Assembly: GCA_001780895.1 (NCBI GenBank) | Contig: MFJJ01000014.1 | Coordinates: 1-45,297 of the forward strand | Reading direction: 5' to 3' | Source of the DNA: Candidatus Gottesmanbacteria bacterium RIFCSPHIGHO2_01_FULL_46_14 | Lineage (GTDB): Bacteria; Patescibacteriota; Microgenomatia; UBA10105; UBA927 | Length of the DNA: 45,297 nt | In this document: piece after piece, positions 26,453 through 34,312 of the stretch | Numbering within the stretch: position 1 is the stretch's first letter | How the letters are laid out: each line of letters begins with the position of its first letter | Position numbers and translations under genes: made by a program | The notes under the pieces: generated by a model | Databases searched by the model: none | What the model was told of the DNA's origin: nothing | The model's input: the letters and a program-made list of their open reading frames with translations, nothing else

Positions 26453-27092
26453 ATCTTTTGCTTTGCAACAAGTAAAAATGATGATACGGATTTGCTTGAA
26501 GTCTCATATCAAACAAAACATTAAAACGAGAGTGCAATAATAAATCTCTGAATTTCCTCTCGCTAATTCCACTAGTACCAAGCTCCCAATAATGTTGACC
26601 GTCAAAAGCATGAGGCAGATGATAGAAAGGCAAAGAGATAATTCCTCTAAGTTGAGGCAGTAAAGATGCTTTTATAGCATAAGAAAAATGTATTCCCTTC
26701 TGTGGAATTGATAAAACTACGAATTTTGCTATTATTGATAGTCGCTTGAGACTTATGGCAGAATCCTTATATTTTATGTGTTCCAATACTTCGCAACACA
26801 CTACGCAATCGTACGTACGCCCTTTCGGAACATTCGGTAACACTTTGACAATGTCGGGCCTAAGTTTCCTATCAATATCCATCGTTATTACTTTATGACC
26901 AAGGTGTTTTAAGATAGCTGTAATGATTCCGTTTCCTATACCTATCTCAAGTATTGTTATTTTTTTCTTTCCGAGTTTGCGCGCAACATCGCTTACCATA
27001 CGGATTTGGTAATAATAAGAATGCCACCTCTGTTCATCGACGTAGCGATTGAATTCATAATGCGATTCATCTACTTGTTTTTTATATTTCAT
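26442..27092 (-). CDS. Class I SAM-dependent methyltransferase (216 aa)
   Basis: Motif I ILEIGIGNGIIT with downstream VITMDID and CCEVLEHI. Confidence 0.7.
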   Translation of the reverse strand: MKYKKQVDESHYEFNRYVDEQRWHSYYYQIRMVSDVARKLGKKKITILEIGIGNGIITAILKHLGHKVITMDIDRKLRPDIVKVLPNVPKGRTYDCVVCCEVLEHIKYKDSAISLKRLSIIAKFVVLSIPQKGIHFSYAIKASLLPQLRGIISLPFYHLPHAFDGQHYWELGTSGISERKFRDLLLHSRFNVLFDMRLQANPYHHFYLLQSKRYGK

Positions 27093-28387
27093 AAATTTTT
27101 AAATAATCGCTGTTGCTCCTCCCACAACTTCCAGGAACTACTCGTTGGAAGTGAAACAATGTCTTCAAGTGTTACTGCTTGATCTTTAGCGATATCTCTT
27201 TTGAGCATGAGGTCTTCGGCGAAGGCTATTGGAAGTAAATTCTCTTTTCTTGCAGTTTCTGCATTCTCGCACTCGCCATACACCGTAAAACCACCCATGC
27301 CATCGATAGTTTCACCGCTTTTGAGATCTTTTTTTGCAATCGTGACAACCTCAACATATGGTTTGTTTTTTGGAACGACAGCCCCATCACCAAAGATTAC
27401 AACTCTTGCAAGCGTCGTTGGTACTTCGAAATTACAGGTGTGGTAGGGCGTGTAGAAAAGATAGAGTGGCCCTTCGCCTATTTTATGAAGTGCCAAATAC
27501 TTCTTCTGAATCGGATCGTCTGTCGTTCCTAATACAAATACGCCGGATTTCGGCACGGTTCCAATGATGTAATCTACAAAACCCGGATTCTTGAGAATCT
27601 CTTCTGTCGGATATTGTTTTATAGCTTCTTCTAATGCTGTTCCCGCCGGTACAGTCGGTGCCCACATACCGCGCTTGGCAACACGAAATCCAGTTGCGTT
27701 TGCTACCACAGCCTGCTCAAATGATATTTTAGTTCCATCTGCAAACGAGGTAACCATGTGAGGCTTCTGCCCCCATTTTTCGGCAAACGCTTTCTGTGTT
27801 TCGGGAGTGCGATACGGATCTTGAAGCCCTTTTATATTTCCGCAAAAAACCGGAGTTAATCCAATTCCCCGAACAAATCTAAAGAGATTCATGGTAACTC
27901 CAGGCTGGTCCCCATCTGTATTTGTATAAATTACACCAGCTCGATCTGCGTAGACTTTAAGAATGGGACCCAAGGTTCCATCCAATTCCGCATTCATAAG
28001 AGCAACATGCTTTCTGTGCTTAAACGCTTCCAGAATAACTTCCAGCGCATAGTCAATCGTCCCGGTGACCTCGAGGATAATATCTATGTGTGAAGACCTA
28101 GCCAAAAGCATAGGATCCTCTGTGACGACATAGGTATTCTTTTCAATGGCACTATCGAGCTCCAGTTGTGAAGTAACAGTTTCTACTTGGCTCGCACCTG
28201 CGTCGAGATAGGCTTGTTTTGCTTTTTCTATGTGCCTGTTGGCAATGGCAACAAGCCGCATGCCTTTTGTATATTTGATAATTTGAAGTGCAATAGGCTT
28301 ACCCATAAACCCGGCACCAATCATCCCGACACGAATTGGGTTGCCTTCTGCTTCTCTTTTTTCTAGTGCGGTATCAACGAGAATCAT
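27089..28387 (-). CDS. NAD(P)-binding oxidoreductase with C-terminal SAF domain (homoserine-dehydrogenase-like, 432 aa)
   Basis: Start trimmed to ATG 28385-28387. Rossmann motif VGMIGAGFMGKPIA. The C-terminus AKKDLKSGETIDGMGGFTVYGE...LKRDIAKDQAVTLEDI is SAF-like. Confidence 0.55.
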   Translation of the reverse strand: MILVDTALEKREAEGNPIRVGMIGAGFMGKPIALQIIKYTKGMRLVAIANRHIEKAKQAYLDAGASQVETVTSQLELDSAIEKNTYVVTEDPMLLARSSHIDIILEVTGTIDYALEVILEAFKHRKHVALMNAELDGTLGPILKVYADRAGVIYTNTDGDQPGVTMNLFRFVRGIGLTPVFCGNIKGLQDPYRTPETQKAFAEKWGQKPHMVTSFADGTKISFEQAVVANATGFRVAKRGMWAPTVPAGTALEEAIKQYPTEEILKNPGFVDYIIGTVPKSGVFVLGTTDDPIQKKYLALHKIGEGPLYLFYTPYHTCNFEVPTTLARVVIFGDGAVVPKNKPYVEVVTIAKKDLKSGETIDGMGGFTVYGECENAETARKENLLPIAFAEDLMLKRDIAKDQAVTLEDIVSLPTSSSWKLWEEQQRLFKNL

Positions 28388-28907
28388 AATTTGGAAAATG
28401 AGCGTCTTTCTCTGATATCTTCGTAATTTCAATTGGCCATCGGATTCCAAACGCAGGGTCGTCATATCGAACACCTGCTCGTGATTCCTGTTTGTAAAAA
28501 GCAGTCATCATATACCGAACTTCCACGTCACTTGTTAATGTAATAAAACCATGAGCAAAACCCTCTGGAATATAAAGCCCTTTACAAGAATCGTCACTCA
28601 GTTCTGTACTAAACCATTTTTTGTATGTTGCAGAATTTTTTCGTAAGTCAATGATGACATCGTAGATTCTGCCTTTTGTTATATACATTAATTTACCCTC
28701 ATCATTCGGGGATTTTTGATAATGCATGCCGCGGAGCGTCCCTCGTTGTTTTGTGTATGACATGCTTGACTGTACAAAATCTGTCTTCACGCCGTGTGTT
28801 TTAAACTCACTCCTATCCCATGTTCTGGCAAAAAATCCCCGATCATCTTCTCGTTTTTCGGTTTCGATAATGTATGCGCCGGATAATGGTGTTTTTATAA
28901 ATTTCAT
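28374..28907 (-). CDS. NDP-4-dehydro-6-deoxyhexose 3,5-epimerase (canonical RmlC type, 177 aa)
   Basis: Start trimmed to ATG 28905-28907 (ATGA overlap). Motifs: DDRGFF, LRGMHYQ, GKLMYITKGRIYDVIIDLR, IPEGFAHGF. Confidence 0.8.
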   Translation of the reverse strand: MKFIKTPLSGAYIIETEKREDDRGFFARTWDRSEFKTHGVKTDFVQSSMSYTKQRGTLRGMHYQKSPNDEGKLMYITKGRIYDVIIDLRKNSATYKKWFSTELSDDSCKGLYIPEGFAHGFITLTSDVEVRYMMTAFYKQESRAGVRYDDPAFGIRWPIEITKISEKDAHFPNYDSR

Positions 28908-30127
28908 TGTATGGTTACTCTTGGAATTGCTGTTACAAATTTTCCTCCCCATTTGCGTACCGCCCGCATCTGTTCCATTACTTCTGTTTTTATATTCCAC
29001 GGTAAAATCAAAACGTAATCCGGGTGGGTCTTGGCAATTCTTTCCGGTTCATATATGGGTATTCGTACGCCCGGCAAAAAGTGCTTTTGCTTGTATGGAC
29101 TGGCATCGACGGTATAATCGATAAAGTCGGTTCGTACGCCGCAGTAGTTAAGAAACGTATTGCCTTTGGCAGGTGCACCGTAACCCACAATTGACTTACC
29201 ATTCTTTTTCGCTTCGATAAGAAATTTCAAAAACGCTTGTTTTGTTTTTTTAACCTTCTCTGAAAACTTCGTGTATGTTTCAGTTTTATGTAAGCCAAAT
29301 ACTATTTCTTTGCGAATCAATGCATCTATTCGCTTTGTCTTTTTTATGTCTTTATTTGCGCTATGACGGCCATAGATACGAAGAGACCCGCCATGTGTCG
29401 GGATTTCTTCAACGTCAAAAAGTGTCAGTCCGTGTTTGGCAAATACTTTTTGAACGGTCAGAAAAGAAAAATATGAATAGTGCTCGTGATAAATAGTATC
29501 GAACTGATTTTTTTCCATGAGTTTCATAAGATGCGGAAACTCCATAGTACATATTCCGTCTGACTTGAGAATTATTTTCATTCCTCCGACAAAGTCATTA
29601 AGATCAGGTACGTGAGCGAGGACATTGTTACCGATCAACAGATCTGCCTTTTTAAGCTTTCTTGCTGTATCGCGCCCGAAAAATTCTGTAACCGTACGAA
29701 TACCCTTTGCTCTGGCTGCAGCTGCCGTGTTCTTGGTTGGTTCGACTCCAAGAACGGGAATTCGTTTTTCTCTAAAATATTGCAGGAGATATCCATCATT
29801 TGATGCAAGCTCAATAACAAGATTTGATTTATTCAGACCAAACCGTTTGGTCATCGTCTCTACATAATCTTTTGCATGAGCAAGCCAGGAAGACGAATAC
29901 GAAGAAAAATATGCATAGGTATCTGTAAATATTTCTCCTTCTGTTCGGTGTTCGGGAAGTTGGACAAGCCAGCACTTCGTGCAGACAAACACGTGAAGTG
30001 GGTAAAACGACTCTCTGGTATCCTTCTCCGAAAACGGAATATAGTCATTTGCTACAGGAGAAAGCCCCAAATCCACAAAGGTTTGAGAAAGGCGTGCGTT
30101 GCAAAACCGGCATGTAAGTTGTTTCAT
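28904..30127 (-). CDS. NDP-hexose C-methyltransferase-type SAM methyltransferase with N-terminal 4-Cys zinc ribbon (407 aa)
   Basis: The tracked start is TTG; the ATG is at 30125-30127 (MKQLTCRFCNARL...VFVCTKCWLVQL). Methyltransferase core LVIELASNDGYLLQYF. The C-terminal domain is as in TylCIII-like C3-methyltransferases. Confidence 0.7.
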   Translation of the reverse strand: MKQLTCRFCNARLSQTFVDLGLSPVANDYIPFSEKDTRESFYPLHVFVCTKCWLVQLPEHRTEGEIFTDTYAYFSSYSSSWLAHAKDYVETMTKRFGLNKSNLVIELASNDGYLLQYFREKRIPVLGVEPTKNTAAAARAKGIRTVTEFFGRDTARKLKKADLLIGNNVLAHVPDLNDFVGGMKIILKSDGICTMEFPHLMKLMEKNQFDTIYHEHYSYFSFLTVQKVFAKHGLTLFDVEEIPTHGGSLRIYGRHSANKDIKKTKRIDALIRKEIVFGLHKTETYTKFSEKVKKTKQAFLKFLIEAKKNGKSIVGYGAPAKGNTFLNYCGVRTDFIDYTVDASPYKQKHFLPGVRIPIYEPERIAKTHPDYVLILPWNIKTEVMEQMRAVRKWGGKFVTAIPRVTIQ

Positions 30128-31140
30128 ACCCAAAGTAAATTTTCGTTTAATAGGCCTGTGCTTTTTAGATGGTCAATCATTTTAAGACGTGTATATTGTT
30201 CGGATAAGAATGTTTTCTTACTCATTTCGATCGATTTAAAAACCTCTTTTAACTCTCTTACACCTGTTTCGACATTACGAAGAGCTCTAAAGCCAAGAAC
30301 GCGCGCAATCTTATCAAAATTTACTCGGTAATTTCTCTTGTCAGCCCCTTGTTTATTGAGGGTTATCTTGGACACGTCAAAAACTTTTCCAATAATTTCG
30401 GCAATTTCTTTGATTTGGTAATTAGATCGTGTATCTCCGACGTTCATAATCTGACCGGAGACCTTCTCTTTTGGCGCTGTGAGAGCCAGAAGAAATGCTT
30501 GGCAAACATCCAGAATATGAACAAACGGTCGCCATGGTGTTCCGTCGCTGTCCATTTTCACTTCTTTGGTTGTCCATGCTAATCCCGCCAGATTATTGAC
30601 GGCCAAATCAAAACGAATTCGCGGCGACGGGCCATACACCGTCGCATTCCTGAAAATTATGGGAGTAAATATATCACTTGCTCTCGTTATCAGATATCGT
30701 TCATTAAGAACCTTCGATTTTGCATATGCAGTCAACGGATTGGTTGATGACGTTTCATCACTGACATTGTCCGATGCTCCATATACGCTACAGGAAGATG
30801 AATAAATAAATCTCGGAACTGCCGCCTTTATACATTGGTCGATCAAGTTGACGGTTCCTTTGTGATTAATTTCGTAGGTAAGTTCCGGATTGTTCTGACC
30901 CAGCGGATCGTTGGACAATTCAGCCAGATGAATAACTGCATCAAAGCCCGAAACATCCGAAACCGTAACTTGCCTAATGTCTTTTTTGATAAAAGACTTG
31001 AGTTTAAACGGCTTACCGTATAGCCAACCTTCGTTATAATATTCGGTATCTAGACCCGTGACCTTGTGGCCCGCCGCTATCAGCGCTTGCGCCATCTGAG
31101 TACCAATATATCCTCCTGAACCAGTGAGTAAAATGTTCAT
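30124..31140 (-). CDS. NAD-dependent epimerase/dehydratase family SDR (338 aa)
   Basis: Motifs: ILLTGSGGYIGTQM, SSSCSVYG, YAKSK (YxxxK). It is not the canonical RfbG-type CDP-glucose 4,6-dehydratase sequence as I remember it. Confidence 0.75.
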   Translation of the reverse strand: MNILLTGSGGYIGTQMAQALIAAGHKVTGLDTEYYNEGWLYGKPFKLKSFIKKDIRQVTVSDVSGFDAVIHLAELSNDPLGQNNPELTYEINHKGTVNLIDQCIKAAVPRFIYSSSCSVYGASDNVSDETSSTNPLTAYAKSKVLNERYLITRASDIFTPIIFRNATVYGPSPRIRFDLAVNNLAGLAWTTKEVKMDSDGTPWRPFVHILDVCQAFLLALTAPKEKVSGQIMNVGDTRSNYQIKEIAEIIGKVFDVSKITLNKQGADKRNYRVNFDKIARVLGFRALRNVETGVRELKEVFKSIEMSKKTFLSEQYTRLKMIDHLKSTGLLNENLLWV

Positions 31141-31142
31141 AG

Positions 31143-31712
31143 CTAATGCGTTTTTTCAAGGAAAAAAAGATTGTTATGCATAAACAGATATGAATTACTG
31201 TGTTCGACCTTAACAATTTTTAAACCGAATTTACGAAATAGCTCTACCCATTCCGCTTCGGTCTTATTGCTGTGCGGGTGACCGATAAACTCCTTGTTCA
31301 GTACACTGTCAATCACGTATGTATAAAATCTTTGGAATACGTTCGTAACGATATCTTCATAAATCACGAGACGCTTGGAAACTCTTGCCGCTTCAGCCAG
31401 AACCGCGCGTGGGTCCGGTGTATGATGAAGTACCGCAAACAAAATGCAGGCCGCAAACTGATTTTCTTGATATGGAAGATTCTTACCGTTATAGATATGC
31501 GATGGAGCAGTATAATAATAGCTTCTATTTTTGATATCCACCGGCTCCATGCGGTAGCCCAATCTGAGAAAAGCTTTTGTAAAAAGCCCGGTACCTGCTC
31601 CTAAATCCAGAATTGTTCCTTTTTTTGGTAAAAACGGAACGATCCTGGAAACCTCCCAATTAACGCGAGATCCAAATATCGTTTCTCCAATGATTGCTCT
31701 CAATTTTTTCAT
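31143..31712 (-). CDS. Class I SAM-dependent methyltransferase (189 aa)
   Basis: Motif I ILDLGAGTGLFT, with downstream AVLHHTPDP. Confidence 0.7.
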   Translation of the reverse strand: MKKLRAIIGETIFGSRVNWEVSRIVPFLPKKGTILDLGAGTGLFTKAFLRLGYRMEPVDIKNRSYYYTAPSHIYNGKNLPYQENQFAACILFAVLHHTPDPRAVLAEAARVSKRLVIYEDIVTNVFQRFYTYVIDSVLNKEFIGHPHSNKTEAEWVELFRKFGLKIVKVEHSNSYLFMHNNLFFLEKTH

Positions 31713-31716
31713 ATGA

Positions 31717-32493
31717 TCATTTCCAAACCTTCCACAGGGCTTTTCCTGACACCCATTGTTCTTCTAAAATCATTTTGTCTCTTAGCGTATCCATATTTTG
31801 CCAATAGCCGTCGTATTTAAATACACTAAGCTGACCTTCGTGCGCTAGGGTCTGAAGCGGTTCTTTCTCCCAGATCGTTGCATCCCCTTGGATATAATCA
31901 AATACCGATGGCTCAAGCACAAAATACCCACCATTTATCCATGCCCCATCTCCTTTGGGCTTTTCCTTAAAGGTCACTATTTTGGACTGATCCTCTGAAA
32001 GAGCAAAAGCTCCAAATCTACCCGGAGGCTGGACAGCAGTCATAGTTGCGAGTGTACCCTGCTTTTTATGAAATGCTATAAGCTCTGTTATATTAACGTC
32101 AGTCACACCATCTCCATAGGTAAAACAGAACGTTTCACTCCCTATGTATTCCTTAATTCTCTTAAGTCTTCCACCTGTCATGGTATCCTCCCCGGTCTCT
32201 ACGAGCGTTACGCGCCAAGGTTCTGCGCCATTTCTATGAATTTTTGTGTTGTGACTCGTCAGATCGAACGTCACATCAGAGCGATGAAGGTGATAATTGG
32301 CAAAATACTCTTTAATATAATGACTCTTATACCCACAACAAATGACAAAATCATTTATCCCATAGTGGGAATATATTCTCATGATATGCCAGAGCATGGG
32401 TTTGCCTCCAATTTCCACCATTGGCTTTGGCCGAACGCCTGTTTCCTCAGTAAGTCTTGTACCGAAACCACCTGCTAATATAACTGCTTTCAT
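31717..32493 (-). CDS. rfbF: Glucose-1-phosphate cytidylyltransferase (258 aa)
   Basis: MKAVILAGGFGTRLTEETGVRPKPMVEIGGKPMLWHIMRIYSHYGINDFVICCGYK and INGGYFVLEP are near-canonical for RfbF/DdhA. Confidence 0.85.
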   Translation of the reverse strand: MKAVILAGGFGTRLTEETGVRPKPMVEIGGKPMLWHIMRIYSHYGINDFVICCGYKSHYIKEYFANYHLHRSDVTFDLTSHNTKIHRNGAEPWRVTLVETGEDTMTGGRLKRIKEYIGSETFCFTYGDGVTDVNITELIAFHKKQGTLATMTAVQPPGRFGAFALSEDQSKIVTFKEKPKGDGAWINGGYFVLEPSVFDYIQGDATIWEKEPLQTLAHEGQLSVFKYDGYWQNMDTLRDKMILEEQWVSGKALWKVWK

Positions 32494-32499
32494 ATATGC

Positions 32500-32529
32500 A
32501 TTATAACTTATTATATAGGTCTATTTCAA
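32500..32529 (-). promoter_or_regulatory. Sigma70-like promoter candidate, TTGAAA-18-TATAAT, ending 6 nt before the rfbF ATG (leaderless mRNA candidate)
   Basis: Minus strand reads TTGAAA (32524-32529), an 18-nt spacer, TATAAT (32500-32505), GCATAT, then ATG (32491-32493). The -35 overlaps the TGA of the upstream GT2 gene. Confidence 0.4.
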
Positions 32530-33413
32530 CTCTTGGTTGAAATATTTACTTTCCATAATGGCGACCGCGCATCACTATCTCTCCTTTGTGTTAGCTTGGC
32601 ATACGCCAATATGCCTACATACAAAAAGACATGGATAGGATGAGTAACGAGTTCCTTGAGGATCGCTTTAAACTGAATAATCGTAGGCACCATATATTCT
32701 CTTGCAATCGACGTGTCAAAATATTGGCTCAGCTCCTCACTGGAATAAAGAAACCGTTGGCTCTGCCGAAGGTGTTCGCTCATGTGTTTAGGATTTTCGA
32801 TAAATACCCTTGCTTCTTTGACCCATACAAATTTGCCTCCCAGGCGTTTATTTTCAAAATATAGATACGCATCAGCGTTGACGATATTGTCCGGAACGGT
32901 CATTTTTTTGAAATGTTGTGTACGGAATGCGAGACAACGACCATTTGCCAGAAGATAGTTGTCGCCGCCTCTCCATGCAGTTCCTATAGTTGTAGTCCCG
33001 CGTAACCCAACATCAATAATCCGCTCAAATTGCGACTGCGCAGTCTCGGCGAGAACATTTGCACCAACCATCGTTACCTTTGGATTATCTTTAAACCGTT
33101 TCACTATCGCCGCAAGAGTTCCCTGGTCAAAACGAACATCATCGTGAGTAATAATGACAATATCTGTACGGATGTGTTCGACCATTTGTTTAACTTTATA
33201 CATCTGACTTCCTGGCTTTTTGTTCTCTACAAGTTTCACTCCTAAAGAGGAAAGATTGCGCTTTATTCCATCTGAAATAGGTTTCGAATCTGCGCGTACT
33301 ACTATCGAAAACGATCCGCACTGGCGACTTCGTCGAATACTTCGAATAGTTGATTGGAGAGATTTGCCTCCATAACAGGTTGGAATGGCTATGGTACAGG
33401 TAAGTTTTTTCAT
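32526..33413 (-). CDS. GT2-like glycosyltransferase (295 aa)
   Basis: Motifs: CTIAIPTCYGG and IITHDDV (acidic motif). It has the same length and C-terminal architecture as the two neighbouring-type GT2 genes but is more divergent. Confidence 0.55.
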   Translation of the reverse strand: MKKLTCTIAIPTCYGGKSLQSTIRSIRRSRQCGSFSIVVRADSKPISDGIKRNLSSLGVKLVENKKPGSQMYKVKQMVEHIRTDIVIITHDDVRFDQGTLAAIVKRFKDNPKVTMVGANVLAETAQSQFERIIDVGLRGTTTIGTAWRGGDNYLLANGRCLAFRTQHFKKMTVPDNIVNADAYLYFENKRLGGKFVWVKEARVFIENPKHMSEHLRQSQRFLYSSEELSQYFDTSIAREYMVPTIIQFKAILKELVTHPIHVFLYVGILAYAKLTQRRDSDARSPLWKVNISTKS

Positions 33414-34312
33414 AGTACGATCGCTTTTCTAGCAGATTGCGCCATCTCCCATTTTTTTGACCGTACCCCATTATCCCGTCGTGGGAATACCCTCACGAGA
33501 ACATTCAATACCACTGCTCCTGATGTATAGAATGGACTACGAATGAACGTTTTCGCCATACCCAACATCTTGTACTTCAAAGGAATTTCGTAAAGACTGT
33601 CGAGATTTTTCCCTAAATATTTGGTCGCCTTATATCGACGGTAAAATATTGCCCTGCTACTGAGAGACCAAAAATCGTGTAGCGTATCCGGAGCTCTATA
33701 CAAAATCTTAGCCTCATGCACGTACCGGAAAGCACCGAGCTGTTTTGCCTTTATATACAAATAGCCCTCATCCGTATTTAAGTCAGCGGGATACCTCACC
33801 GTTTGAGCCACAATTTTTCGCATAGCGGTAGACCCCCCCTGTAAGTTGTGTGGATGATCTCCATCATTAACATGGATTCTCGATTCTATCCAAAACAAGT
33901 CTGCAGCTCGAGAAATATTTCCGATCACCGAATCAGATACAACTGGTTCTATATGAAAAACAGCAATGCCTACGGTTGGATCTTTAAAAACATTGATGAT
34001 TTTTTCAATCGCGTGATTTTCTGCAATAACGTAATCTGCATCAAGAGTAATGAGTATGTCGCTTTTGTTCATTGAATAAATCTGATTGAGAGCAGACATT
34101 TTTCCATCGCGCTTTTTTTGTTCAATAACATGGGCTCCTGCTGACCGAGCTATTTTTGCGGTATCATCGGTACAACCACTACACACCACCACAATTTTTT
34201 CGATCGTAAAATTATTGCCTTTTTGTTTACGAACCGATGAGAGCAAATTCCCAATGTTAACAGCTTCATTATGTGCTGGAATGCCAATGGTGACTGTCAA
34301 TCGCTTTTTCAT
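33410..34312 (-). CDS. Glycosyltransferase family 2 (300 aa)
   Basis: Motifs: VTIGIPAHNEAVNI, VCSGCTDDT, TLDADYV. It has ATGA overlaps on both sides. Confidence 0.75.
   Translation of the reverse strand: MKKRLTVTIGIPAHNEAVNIGNLLSSVRKQKGNNFTIEKIVVVCSGCTDDTAKIARSAGAHVIEQKKRDGKMSALNQIYSMNKSDILITLDADYVIAENHAIEKIINVFKDPTVGIAVFHIEPVVSDSVIGNISRAADLFWIESRIHVNDGDHPHNLQGGSTAMRKIVAQTVRYPADLNTDEGYLYIKAKQLGAFRYVHEAKILYRAPDTLHDFWSLSSRAIFYRRYKATKYLGKNLDSLYEIPLKYKMLGMAKTFIRSPFYTSGAVVLNVLVRVFPRRDNGVRSKKWEMAQSARKAIVL

Noticed and set aside
26031-26540. Plus-strand ORFs of 60-184 aa (e.g. 26031-26540, 15796-16350, 1926-2408, 35792-36169, 29876-30331)
   Set aside because: Each lies entirely antisense to a minus-strand gene with clear family motifs. 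Their translations are low-complexity, Ser/Arg/Cys-rich, with no recognisable motifs. They are shadow ORFs.
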